This document shows positions 23,769 through 36,560 of a DNA stretch of 64,000 bases, one piece after another. Each line of letters opens with the position of its first letter. Positions within the stretch are counted from its first letter, which is position 1. The DNA is from Chlorokybus atmophyticus (Eukaryota; Plantae; Mesostigma and Chlorokybus algae): assembly GCA_009103225.1 (NCBI GenBank), contig RHPI01002069.1:459378-523377 (forward strand), given 5' to 3'. The notes beneath the pieces were generated by a model. That model saw nothing but the letters and a program-made list of their open reading frames with translations, did no database searches and was not told where the DNA came from. The position numbers were made by a program, and so were the translations under genes.

Positions 23769-26700
23769 TCAATACCCCTCATCAGAAGTGGTAACGGAGG
23801 TATGAAAGGGAAGCCACTTGCGAGCAAGTTTGGCTGCTATTGAGTGGTCTGCTTGACCAAAAGCATATGAGAATCCGTAGATCTTCAGCTCCCCCGCATC
23901 AGCGTCATGGTCCATGCGCCCGCCCCCAAGCGGAGTAACCTGACACAGTGCAATGCTTGTGCAAGATGCCAAAAGACACGCAACCACTGCACCCCTGAAC
24001 CCTCCATTGAGCTGGTGATATTCAAACAGCAGTACGGGTGGCGTGGTGTACTGAGCATACCTCAATGCTGATGAGGCCAAACTCTTGCCGCTCCTTGTTG
24101 AAAGCATTCAGAATATCTTGATGGTATTCAGCATTGGAACTCCCCCGTACAATCTGCAGACGCACACGTGAGAGGTCATCATCACTTGTGAACGCTGTCC
24201 ATGGCTATCTACAGCAAGTGTCATACCACGCGCTCCCTTCCCAGGTGGTCTTTGATTACGACAGCTATGTACTTAAATATGCCTGCAACATCACCAACCT
24301 TGCATCACCAACCTTGCCGCCACTATCACCATTACACATTGTGCAACATCTTACTGTTGCAGCACCTTCATCTATAACAAACGGATCCAGTTGCTGAAAC
24401 AAATCGTCCTTGGCAGGTTGACCCTCCGCTAGCCACTCGTCAATGAGAACCCTTGAGACAGAAAAGGGCGCGGGCATAGAAAATGGTCTGCACAAATGCA
24501 CTGAGTTCAGCATGGCAAGCAAGCGCTGTCTGGCAAAACTGAAACACTAAAATCCGGCCAAAATCAATTTGTCAACTGTAAAGGTAAGCACCTCCCAAAC
24601 AGTAGAGAAAAGTCAGCATTGCGGCGGGTCAACGCTGTCCTTAGCCAATCCTTGTGGAACCACCGCACATCCTGCAGTGCGGCCAACCTAGCTGAAAGTG
24701 AAGCGGGTGTGCTGCACTAAATAGCACACAAACAAGACCATGACTGACCTGGAGCTCCTTGCCATCCGGCTTAGGTGGTGGTGGGGTGCTTGGTGAAGAC
24801 GCATCTGCCACGGCGCTAGCGGTGAAGCCTACCATCAACGAAGAAGGAAATGGCCAGGGCTGGCTGCTATGGTACCTGCGCAAGGACGCTCTCAGGCAAA
24901 TACTAATAGAGTGCAGCGACCAAAGTCATCAAAAAGTAGACAAGCCAATGGCAAATAGGCGCCTGTCAATGCTCAAGCGTGACCGATTCGCAGCAACTGG
25001 TCTTGCAACACACCTGACTGAATCAGGGTCAACTACTACATTAGCCTCTTCCGACACTTCTCTGACAACACTCATCTCCATGGTTTCACCAATCTCTGCA
25101 AACATGCATTCGCTGGTCAGCACCTTTGACAGAAGCCTAAAAGAGTACAAGCCACTTGCCTGCAAATCCTGCAAGAATTGAATAACGCCCATCTGCCCAG
25201 CGACCCTGCAAACATTGATCAAGAGTCAAAACGGTGTGTCAGCAGGCTACATGTACAACGACAACAGCTTGGAACATGACACACCAACAATGGTCCTCAG
25301 CAGTTCGTACTGTCTGCATGCTGTCTGTATGCACGACACAAACAAATGCCATAACAGTAGCTAACCTGATGACCCAGCAACACATAGTCACTACTTGAAA
25401 CCCGCATGATGACAGCTGGGTCCTGCACAGGAACGTGTGCAGGCTTGTGTTAGAACAGAATAGAGTGAGGACCGCACGGGCGGGATGCGCATTGGACTGA
25501 AGCACAACTTGCCATGCGAGGATGATGTGACGAACCACAGGCTGAGTTGCTGCACTTTAGGGCATGCCCAGCGCTCCTAGGTTCTGTTATCGACCCACAT
25601 CGCCCACAGAAAGCCTAGTGGGACCCCGAGCACGTGTCTCGCAGTGATAGTCGTGCAATACTGCAGACAACTTATATCATAGAGCGTGACAACTGACCTG
25701 ATTCCTCTGCCACTCTGTCATACCACGTGCGTATGCGAGTAAGGCAGCGTCCACAAACGGCAACTGTGGCCCTGCAGATCGAAGGTCTGCCAACTGCGCA
25801 TCATTGCCGCCAAGTTCCTCTGGTGTCAACCCTTGCCTGTAATATCAAAGCCGCGTAATTGTCGTGGAGTACACCTCGCTAATGAGTAATCCTGATCCTG
25901 TGACTTGCAAGCAATGTATGCAGCCTAGCAATGCACTTGCCCAGGGCTGGCCTCGAAGTCTACGGCGAACAACGGCGTGTTGTCCGCAGATAGGCCGAGG
26001 AATATTGGTCGCAGCTGAGCGAGTTGGACTGGCAGCTTGCCTGCTTGCAACAAAATAGCTTGCAACCTGTCGCCTTTGGTCACCAGGTTCTTGCCTTTCC
26101 AGATGGGCACCACCTGAAGTGGACCAAGTCCTTAGAATGAGTTTGTCACATATGGTGTATCATACAAATGCATCCTGTCAGGGAAGTCTGTTGTTGAACT
26201 AACCCAACCATGGGTACGACTGCAGGTGTGCACGCACGAGGCTAGTAGACGAGCTCATTGCCGATGACATCCAATCGGCATCTTCGCGCAAGATGGACTC
26301 CCTTCTCAAGGCGTGATCGGCATAAAACACAGTCTGCTTGCGGACAGCAACATGAGTGTCTTGAACATCAAGCTCTGAACATTGCAGCTGGTTACCAAGT
26401 AGCAGCTTACACGCATTGGTAATAGTTTTGGCTGAGCTGCAATCTGCGTTGGTGCTGCGGTTGCCACTGTTGCCACCCAACGGTTTCCTGCAGTTGAAAT
26501 CATAGGACGCATGCAATTAGTTTACATGTATTTGAGGCCTGACGACAAGCTGGCACCCTCTGCATTCATACTGCATGTGTCCATACTACGCTGAACGTCA
26601 CTTCCGCCGGCATGACAAGCTGCACAGGCATGTCGACAACGCGCACAGTATGACGCGACCGTGAAGACGAAAAGCGAGCAGACGCAACATCAAGGAAGCT

Positions 26701-26910
26701 ACGAGTTGCAGGGTGCAAGGCATGCATGCAAACGAGGACAGGTGGCACCAAGTTGCCAGTGCAAAGCGCACCACGCAGTCGAGGGGGACAACGCCGGCGA
26801 TCAGGTGTCCGCACAACCACGGCGGCAGCACCAAAAGCCAGGCGACGGGCAGCCAACGACGGTCCTCCCCACCCCAGTGCTGTTACAGCGGCGGCGGCAG
26901 TGCCCGCCAT
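23769..26910 (-). CDS. NudC/NUDT12/NUDX19-type NAD(P)H pyrophosphatase fused to a C-terminal PHPT1 (Janus/Ocnus) phosphohistidine phosphatase domain; N-terminal organelle-transit-like peptide
   Basis: Zn ribbon FCGRCG...KCSNSAC, HPRMDPAVIM, Nudix box GFAEIGETMEMSVVREVSEEANV, YHSSQPWPFPSSLMVGF, ELQDVRWF, PAPFSVSRVLIDEWL. The same exon (24487-24366) continues to DPFVIDEG, then IFKYIAVVI, IVRGSSNAEYHQDIL, LGGGRMDH, KIYGFSYAFGQADHSIA...SDEGY* (TGA 23769-23771). All junctions checked in phase. Confidence 0.9.
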
Positions 26911-26961
26911 GCATGCGCAACAGCACAATGGAGCTCACTGGCTCTGCTCACACAATCCTAC

Positions 26962-26970
26962 TTAGGGTTT
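26962..26970 (-). promoter_or_regulatory. telo-box-like motif in the 241-bp bidirectional promoter between the NudC-PHPT1 and TRAIP-like genes
   Basis: + strand ttagggttt between divergent ATGs at 26910 and 27152. Confidence 0.4.
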
Positions 26971-27151
26971 CGTTGCTGGAAGCTGAAACGGACTGAGTTT
27001 TGAAGCGTTTGAAATGTTTGAGAAGGTGCAAAACTGTGCAAGCCAGCGGCGGCGGCGGCGGCGGCGGTGCCGCCGGCGAGGTGATGGAGGTAGTGGCTGG
27101 CGTGCGGCGTAGTAGTAGGCATCCCAGAGGCTTGTGCTCAGAGACGTTGCC

Positions 27152-29695
27152 ATGAGCTGCCCCATCTGCTCGGGGAGCTTGACCGACCGATCCGCCGAGG
27201 ACTACGCCGAGCCGTACGCCAGCAGGGTCTGCGGCCACGTCTACCATCAGGAGTGGTGAGTTTGGCTGTGTAATGACAAACGCTTTATGCACATGTTACG
27301 TTTGTACGGCTGTCATCTGGCACAGCCTGTCTGCGCCATGAATGCACGGGGAACACTGTCTTGATTAGCACAGTGCAAGAAAGGACTACTTGTCCCAATC
27401 ACGTATGTTTCCCTCCATTTAACATGTTGGACATGCGCCTCTTGGGTTTTTGGTCTACTAGCACTATGGCAAACATTGCTTTCAAGCAATGCAAGCCTAA
27501 CGAGCACACTGCCCACAAACTGTGCCTTGCCCACACTGCTGCACGAGCATGCAAAGCTTGAGTGCCTGTGTGCATGTCTGGTCGTCACAGTACGCAGTGA
27601 TGACTTGTTTTGCATCTGTATAACACGCGTCCCTTACGTGCAGCATCTACAAATGGTTAGAGTGTGCGCAAAAGCCTGCGTGTCCGATTTGTAAGCAGCG
27701 CTGCGGGCTAAACGATGTCATCCGACTCTTCTGGCCCGCTGCTGAAGATGAAAGGCGGTCGAGTGCGCTTGCAGTGACAACCACAACCAGGAGTGAGGAT
27801 GAGGGGCATGCACCACAGGAGACTCTGCATGCCGTCAATCATGCTCTCGCCTCTCAACTCAGGGTATAACTGTAGTTGTTACGGCATGGACTGCAAGTCC
27901 AGCTGTTGATAATTCCTGTTGTGGTTGGAGAGTGATGGTTTTCTTACCATGGGTGGTACGTTTCATTTCACATGACAGGGCAAGATTGAATGCCTGCAGC
28001 GTCAGGTGGAAAGGCTGCAAGACGAGCTCAAGGAGCATCAGGACACAAGAACCGCCATGAGGAAAGAGGTGAGCACATCAGGCCTTACATAAAATTGCAT
28101 GTTACCATGGAGGTGTAAGCTTGATCTGATTTTTACACTCTCTGTGCAGCTCGACCAATATCACTGCAGGCATGCGGAGCTGAAGTCTGCAGTACGAGAC
28201 GCAGTCCGGGAGAAAATGACAACAGCTGATGCCCTGTCCGGCGTGCAGCAGGTGATGTCGGACGCATTGTTGTGCTATGCAGCTGGATACTTGGAGTTGG
28301 TGGCCTTTCAGCGCTGTACCGCGCCTTGCTATGTAGTGGGTTCAAACATCATGTGGTCCAAGTCTGGCAACCGCTGATTTGGTACTTCTCTCAGAACTTA
28401 ATCAGAACCAGGGAGGAACTGCAACGATTGCGTATTGAGAAAGCAGACCTCCAGAGTCGCGTTGATTCAATCAGATTGTACGTGTGTGCTGAGCTATGGT
28501 ATAGAGGAGGCTGTGGATCCCTGCCACCTGTCCTCCTTGTGTCAGGTCGATCCATGATGATGCTACTAACCAAGGTCATATTGCCAGCATCGATGATGCG
28601 GATATGGACGAAGCTGAGTTGGAAAGCCTGCTGCGCTCCCGCAATGTCCATGATGCGGTCCGAATACTGCAGCGCTCTTTGGCGTGCCGCAACAAGTACG
28701 CTGAGTCTTGTTCTCAAGTAGAAACTGTATGTTCTGTTGTTGGGACCATCATGGCCAGCAGCTTTGTGCCGAATGTACTTGCTGGTTGCCAGGGAGTACA
28801 CAAAGCTTGTTGCCAAGTATGAGTTGGAGATGATAAGGATGACAGACTCCAAGCAACATGGTCACGAATCTTATCAGCAGTTGGAGAAGGAAGTATCCAC
28901 GTTGAGAGTAAGCGCCAAATCAGGATGCTAAGCAGGTTCAGTGCCAATGCACGGCTGTTGCATAAGCACAGTACTGCACCTGAACTCATGTGGTGCTTGC
29001 AGAAGCAATGCCTAAAGCTAAAGGCGGCATTGAAGAATGCCAAGGATGACAGCACCGCAAATAAGGCACCTGTTGCAGATAGCGTCTTGTGCCATGCAGC
29101 CTCTGATTGTGCAGAGAAACCGCGAGAAACAGGTGACTGAAGGTGTTGTGCTGCATTGCTCGGCTTTTGACTTGAGTTTGTGCTATGCAACAAGTCTTCA
29201 GGTTGCTGCGTCTGTGTGTTCAAACCAGGGGAGGCTCCGGTTCAGCAGTCTCCAATGACCATACGATGGGTTAAGAGTGCTGCAACAGACCACAGCAATG
29301 GAGGCATGTGTGGAGACCAGCTGCTGGTCTCCAGGCAACCACTAGTCAGTTTGGACAATCGGGCAGTAATGCCAGCTGGCATCACCAATGCTGCTTGGTT
29401 AGAGCCCGTTGTGGACAATGCACGTTTTGTGAAGAGCGGTGCGGATGGCCGTGGAGGGCGACGCACCGTGGTGGCATCATGCCCGGCTAATCGACAGGTG
29501 ACAGCTGGTCATACTTGACAGCAGCATGCGTGACAAGTTAGTTGGCATGGTCAGTGCTGAGAGTCTTGCAATTTCTCGCAGGGTACTTTCCTGCAGCATG
29601 TACCAACGGCGAAGCGAGCAAAGACACTCAGTGGTGTCAGACAAGCTGGACCTTCACTTAGCTTAGAACAGTTCTTCGTGAGACAGAAGGGTTGA
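27152..29695 (+). CDS. TRAIP: TRAIP/NOPO-like RING-H2 E3 ubiquitin ligase with coiled coil
   Basis: MSCPICSGSL...CGHVYHQECIYKWLECAQKPACPICK...VIRLFW. Coiled-coil exons (KIECLQRQVERLQDELKEH). TRAIP-type GADGRGGR motif. Last exon 29597-29695 ends SLSLEQFFVRQKG*, a PIP-box-like ending. Confidence 0.8.
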
Positions 29696-32600
29696 CAACT
29701 CGTCAACAGGCCACAGGTTGCTTGGACTACTGGTTCTTTTGCTTTTGCCTAGAGCAGCAGACTGCATTGCGTGACATAACTGTGACCAAGGCAAGGTTCC
29801 GCCACCTGCAGTGAACTGAACTAGCAGTCGTTGCTTGGAGCTGTGCATTAAAGAGAAGCTGCTTGACTCAGTTGATGGTGTGAACGGCTCCATGCGGGCA
29901 TGCATTGCTGCACGAGATGCTTAAATGTTCCACGGCGAACATTGCACCCGGTCACATGAGCTTTGGACTCAGTGAGACACTCAGTGACGCTGCCTTGCCC
30001 GGAGCAGTCAAGCATTGTTGCAGACTGCATTCACTGCAAGTCACACCAATATGCGAAACAACGCGTGCGCGAGCTACGCAGCATATATACACACTTTTCT
30101 GGTACGCAAGTGCACAATTTTGGTGTGTTTCTACTAAACAATGCTATACTGTTGGCAATGGTGTCGCTCGCCTTGTTGGAACAAGAGGCACATTGGGCTG
30201 ATCGAGCAGGCTCACTGAACCTTGCGGCTGTTGCAGTGTAGGCACCACATTACCGGCCTGAGTCATCATACCATTAGGAGCAACATCAAAACGCGCACGC
30301 ATCTGGTGTGAAACCGCTGCTGGAGGCACACTAAATGCAGGCCACGCGGTCAAGGATGAGTCACGCCTCTCCAAGCCGAGGCTCTGCTCTTGCCCAGCGA
30401 TGTCACTGTCCCGACCAAAGCCTTCTTGGCGAGGGAGGCATTGGTCATCTGCTGCTTTTTGGGGCCTTTGATGGCGGCCAATAGCATCATCCAGACGCAG
30501 CACTGGCACTATGGGTGTCACTTGCGAGTCCCGCGGTGTGGTCATGGGCGTGGATGATATCGACAGCTGACCCGCATCTGGCAGCTCCAAAGACAGCTGA
30601 GGCCGACACACCTTGGCTGTCGTCGCTTGTACTCCGCAACTGGCATACTCGAATGCTTCAAACCTATTAGATTCCCTAAATGACGAGTGCCTGTCAAGCA
30701 CCCGTTGTGCAAATTGCAACTGCAATTGCCTGCTCAGCTTGTGCGATGTCGGCGCACCGGCCTGCCCTGACAAAGCGGACGACGGCATGGAGAACGGTAC
30801 AGCAGTGGATGGTCCTGCACCACGCTTGCCCTGCGATGACGCTAGCTCAAGGAGTTGCACAAGAGTGCTCTGAGAGTGTTGAAGCAAAGCAGTAGCCGCA
30901 CGATCTCAAAACACACTTACCAGACGGCGCTCATGTGCCATTTCCAGCAAACGGTTGTGACAGAGATGCTTAGCGTACCTGTAATGCAAAGAATGTTAGA
31001 GTGGGTATACAATGAACCACAAGCAGCGTACAACAAGTTGAGCTGCAGAACGCACTTTTCTTCTGCTTTGGCGCGGCCTCGCACAGTCATCTCCAGCTTG
31101 GAACATGCTACGTTGTTGACCTCCACCTACCAGAACGACAGCGTCAGCGCTCAAGCTTGTACCGAACTGCATATGTTGCAAAGCTATGCAGTTCTGCTCG
31201 CCTTTGCTGGAAGGCATGCCAATGTGACAAAGCGGACGGACACAAACTGAAAACAGCACAATAACGCACAGCATACCTGGTGGCTCAAGCGTTCATGACA
31301 GCGCCGCATTTCAGCACAGATCTCATCATCTTCTCTTTCGCTTATATCCCACTATTGCAATTCCATTGTCACCATGCACAACCACGTGCAGTGCCATGCC
31401 GAGCAGTTGAACAATGTTATGCTGAATGCATCTTGCCCTCACCGCCGCGTCGTCAAGCAGCCCAGCACTTTGCAACTCCAACACAAGCCTCTCATCCAAG
31501 GTTAACTGTCTGTACCGATCAGTCCAGTCTTCACCTGATGTAGCACCTGTCAGCTTCATGCGCTGCAAATGCAAGCAAAATCCAGTGCACACAACAACTG
31601 AGCCGAACCCGCACAAGCCGTTGGACATTTCATCGAGACATCAGGGCCTTCAGTAGCCGGTTTACTTGACACTTCACTGTGCGAGTTTGTTCTTGCAGGC
31701 ATGGGCAACTGAATGCACTGCGAAGGCTCGTCTTGTGTCTGTTTGGTGTCTCCGATCAGTGCAGCAACAAGTCGCTGCGACACAGACTCAAACGGCAAAT
31801 CACTGCCGGCAGGAGCGCGCTGGTCGTCGCCGTCAACAAGCAGACCAGGTTTGGTTTCTGCAAGCACGAGACTTGATGCGCCACCCGTGAGAAAGGCAGA
31901 TCGTTTAACAAGCTCATCAAGGCCATCCTCCCATGCACACTCCATGGCGGCCCAAACCTGCAACAAAGACCAGGCATTCGTCCGTAGCAACCTTTTGAGT
32001 CAACCATGTAGCACTGAGTGCACACAAATGCATGCGTGTGTGGTGACACGCATACTTATAGTATGGCACATTGTTGTGGGTACTTGTGCATTAGTATATG
32101 CAGACACCCTCAGGTTCTGCCTAATCAGGGAGTGAACGCATGCGCATTTGACTTGTCAGCTGAAAACCAAGCGTCGACATCTTCACTCATGCTACAACTG
32201 AAGGAATGTCTGTGCTGATCCCAATAGTCACACAGAGGACTGCATGATTAACGAGGATGCGCATGTGCCTTACCTTGGTGTAGTGGTCTCCCAATGTGGG
32301 AATATGCAGAGGCTGAGAGGGGTCAAGCGGCTCAAGCTGTGCAAAATGCTCTGGCAAAACTGGTGCGAAGTACGGCTCAACAGATCTCCAAAAGCCAACA
32401 GGTGCAGCCTTTTCGCTAATATACGCCGCAGCAGCAGGGTATTCAATATCCATGTCAGCCTCGGCTAACCGCTCGATGGCGACCTCCATAGCACTTGTCT
32501 TGTCACGCTGTGCAGACTTGCTTGATTTGCCATTCTTGCTCTTTCCTTTCGCCTTTGACTTCTGCACACTGCTGAACACAACAGAGTTCAGTTCCGTATT

Positions 32601-35059
32601 GATGTTGCTAGCCTTGGAGGAGGCATGTACACACAAGGCGGTAGAATGACAAGCCACATAATGAATTGTAAGGTTTGTTATCTCTTAATCTGTGGTGAAC
32701 GCACAAGCGGGTGTACACATACTCACATGTCATTAGGCTGGTAATGCGACGCCGGAGAGCTGGTGACTTTTGAGCCCTTTGTTTTGCTGCTGCTTTTGAT
32801 CTTCTTGAAGACAGGGCCGTCGCAGCACTGCGTTTCAACTTGCGTATGACTGGGTACGCGGTCACCGGCAGCCGCGTTCAACTTTTGTGCGTCCGTATGT
32901 ATACTTGCACTACTGTGCTTGCTACATGCGCCAGCGTTGCTTATTCTTTTAGCCGGCACGCCAGATTGCTCCCTCCCTGATTTGAATAATGAGCCGTTGC
33001 TGAACTTGCTGTGCTGGCGATCGATGCCTTCCAAGCTTTCGGGCGAATGTACAAGGCCTGGGGCATGCTCCAGCTGTCGATGTTTCGATTTTTGCCGTTC
33101 TACACTATGAACAAAACCTTCAGATGGAGACCTGCACAATTCCTACCATAAGAGCAAGGCGCACGAGGACATGAGACATGTCACTGCACGAAGATCAGAA
33201 TACAATACCTTTTGGATGCAGACGGTAGCAAAGCACCCCTGCCATCTCTCGACACATCACTGCCAGCATGAACGCTGTTGCTGTGTCCCGCTAGCTTTCC
33301 AACCTTGCTTAAGGCATCTGCCTGCCGCAAGCTGCCATCCCCAAACCCTGAAGCAGCTCCAGGGGCTGTGGCCTCGGAGCGATGATGATGTTTTCGTTTG
33401 CGGCGAATGCTTTGGCTACTCATTGCAGGTCTATCCAGCTGATCGCTAGACGTCGCTCCATTAGATTGAGACAACCGTGCTGCAAGCTCTTTGCGCGCAG
33501 CTGAAGCCCCAAGCGCACTGGATTTCTGCAAGCACAGTTAAAATCAAAGCCTGTATCCATCAGGCTGTGTAACTCACTGATGACACTTTGAGCCCATTGA
33601 AGCTCATATACCTGCACATGGCGGTCCTCTGCGCGCGCTGAATCAGATTTTCTCCTTGACACCTCATCTGCTGGATGTTGCCTACTTTCTGTAGTGCCCA
33701 GCCCTACCTTATGTCCTGCGCCTGACTTTGCTTGCAACTCATCGTTGCAGCGCATTTTTGCGTTTAATTCACTCCGCCAGCTGTCTAATCTTCCAAGAGC
33801 ATCATCGAGAGAAGCCAATTGGCGCCTGTTGAGGTTATGATGGGTTTGATACCAGAAGTGTGCAGGACACATACGAAGCTTTCCACAATGCGCGTGTACC
33901 TGCCAAACTCCCCAAGCTTCCGCGCTGCAAGAATTAGACGCTTGACGTCTTGAACTTTCCACTGGATGGGAGAATCCGGTGCGGTGTAATGCAGTTCCCC
34001 TTCTTGTGTGATGGATGGCACAATGTGCTTCAGAAGTGCAGACGGCCAAACCTCTTCTGTTGATGTCGCCAGCTGTCCCAACGACAGCACCTTACCAAGC
34101 CCAGTGGTCTCCCCGACAGCAGTGGCATGGGCTGCTGGCGCAGCACCATTTGATGGAACAATGCTTGTTGCAGTGTGTCGAATGCCCCCATTGGATCGAG
34201 ACCCCAGCCCACTCTGCTGTGATGAACTGGGCTTTGGAGGATACCGCTGCACACACTTCATCAGTCCATCTGACCACTTACGTGATTGAAGATGACACTG
34301 CAGACAGCGGTATACAAGCAAGACTTGCCCTGTATGTGCCTGTTGTAAGAACGAACTAGCTGATAGTGGTGCTGCCTTGTGGTACAGTCTTAGTGCAGAA
34401 AGTTTGCTATAAGCAAGCATCTGCCCAGCGCTACTACTTATACGCATTAAGCTTCTGTCAGCCGCAACCTGGACACCGTTACTGCTTCCGCAACGCTTGT
34501 TTTCGTTACACTCAGCAAGAATAAGAACTTAGCAGCACTGGTACGTCAATGACCTAATTGGTTGTTGTGCTCACAAGTGTGTCAGTAAGTGCTGAAGGCG
34601 CAGTGTCATACCTGGGCAGACTTGGCCATTTTCGGCAAGCGTCCATCAGGAAAAGATTGTGCATTCGGTGCACTCTCAAAGCGAGCTCCATCTGAGGACG
34701 CCAACGCCATAGAGCCAATCTACAAACGGGGAAAGGGCCGCAATTTACTAAAGAACGACTCACAGTGCTGCACAGACGGTCTTGCGTTGTAACATCGTCT
34801 CTCTTCACCAAATGCTTGACGCCGAGCAGCATAGCTTGCTTGCAATGTAACAATGTACTAATTGACCTCATTGCTGCGCTGTAATGAGAAAGGGCACAGC
34901 ACAAAATTGAAGTGTACAGCTTGAGAAAACGAAGCATTGCCTTCTTTACGTAAGAGAAGCTACACACGTCGCCTCCAAACGACTGCTTGCACCATAACAC
35001 GATTGCCAGCAGCTTACTGTGGTGCTGTTTCCAGCACGCAAGCGTGCCTGGTCCGTCAT
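29663..35059 (-). CDS. large plant-type ADA3-like (SAGA/ADA complex) protein, low-complexity, multi-exon; start and some exon borders uncertain
   Basis: Ada3 motifs GFWRSVEPYFAPV...HIPTLGDHYTK (~32400-32275), FESVSQRLVAALIG (~31790-31740), YRQLTLDERLVLELQSAGLL (~31515-31455). N-terminal LASLDDALGRLDSW. Last exon ends PVDELSTLLSHEELF* (TAA 29663-29665). Confidence 0.68.
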
Positions 35060-35230
35060 GGCCTCCCGCCGCTGCCTCCCTGCATGGCTGCGGTCGCCTC
35101 TCGGCCCCCCAAATACCGTGCACCAAGTCGACGCTCCACCCCTGGCCTGGCCCGGCCTGGCCTGGCCTGGTAAAACCCTTGGCCACAGCCCAGCAGCGAG
35201 CGAATAATTGAGACAGAGCGGAGGGAGACA

Positions 35231-35250
35231 GGGCCCACCAAAACCCTAAT
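35231..35250. promoter_or_regulatory. site II-like (GGGCCCA) plus telo-box (AAACCCTAAT) pair upstream of the ADA3-like gene
   Basis: gggcccacca aaaccctaat at 35231-35250, about 180 bp upstream of the predicted ATG; a known motif pairing in plant housekeeping promoters. Confidence 0.5.
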
Positions 35251-35559
35251 TCGGAAACGGGTTCCGCGGATCTGCCGACGCCGAACCTGATCTCATATGC
35301 CGCCGGTCTGACACCGGTCACGTCGGCCCTCCACTGTGCGGCGTGCGCGACACGTGGACACCCGAGTTGAGCAGAGGAAGATACCTTGCCAGCGTGGCGG
35401 TCTGATGTGGCGGAACCAGGTGGTATCAGGTGGTACACTAGCTTGCATTACTGACTCTGCAATGGTGGAGGGTTGAAGTGACAGGTCGTGCATGTTGAGA
35501 ATTGACATTGACACCATTGCCTTGGTAAGTTTAACACACATCTGTGATGCTTGCAGCAA

Positions 35560-36054
35560 CTTGGTTATGAACATGTTGATACGTCAGTAGCTTCGGTTAC
35601 ATTGCTAATCATTACATTGTTGATTCCATAACTAAGGTTCATAAGATTGTGCTACATAGCTTAAGTGCTTGATAAAGTACGATGAAATAAAATTGTATTT
35701 TGATTGATTGTATTTTAATTGATTTTCTGTCACTCACAAGCGCTTACATTGATAGCACCAATTTAATGCGATTGCAGTAACTTGCGATTTAAATTAATAT
35801 TGATTGTACATTTGTAGGCACATATTTGATTGAAAATCATAACCGATTGGCCCACACAAAGCTTAACATCAACTTCAGACTTGATGTTGCGGTCGTACGC
35901 ATACATATGCCATAAGTTTTCAACGACATGCAAGAGGCTATAACGCAATGGTGAATGTGAGCAAGTCTTGTGATGAGGAGTTTGCAATTGATTAACAACA
36001 CAATTTGCAACTATGTTCATGATTATAGTATTACACGATTCACCGCTCAGCAAG

Positions 36055-36085
<31 letters not shown>

Positions 36086-36560
36086 ATATATATATGTGTG
36101 TGTGCAATAATATATATGTGTGTGTGTATAAACATGTGTATATACATATGCATATACATACACTTATACATATACATATACATATACACATATATATACA
36201 CATATATAAATACACATATATATGTGCATTTGTTTTCACACATATGGGATTAAAATATATAACTATATATTTATTTCAAAACACATCTACTTTAACCTGA
36301 CCTTCAAATGTAAAATGACCAATAGTACAGACGCAAGCACACACAATGGCACAATAATAAGTAATCATTGCAATATATACAATTGCGCATAACCATCAAA
36401 CATAAACAACGTAAAGCGTCTTGTGGACTCATATAAGACAAGGTGATCAATTGAACAGAACTGGAGCGTTGCGATGCATGCATAAATCTGAAGCCTTGAG
36501 GGGCCATGTAGCACGTTGTGTGCAATGCAGTGCTTGCTAGAACCCTTAAGCACAAGCCAC
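35560..36560. other. AT-rich island containing a compound microsatellite
   Basis: Low GC, no credible exons. Confidence 0.55.
36055..36225. repeat. compound (TA)n/(TG)n/(CATATA)n microsatellite
   Basis: gtatatatatatatatatgtgtgtgtgtgtatatatat...catatacatatacatatacac. Confidence 0.9.

Noticed and set aside
23421-23820. Protein-like + strand ORFs (MNMEFAQLAK..., FDEALDYLEHV...)
   Set aside because: No recognisable motif, frames do not join, and they lie antisense to the NudC-PHPT1 3' end.
23769-24470. PHPT1 as an independent gene starting at ATG CCC GCG (MPAPFSV...)
   Set aside because: That segment is the conserved NudC C-terminal helix; without it NudC has no C-terminus or stop, and the upstream splice is canonical and in phase.
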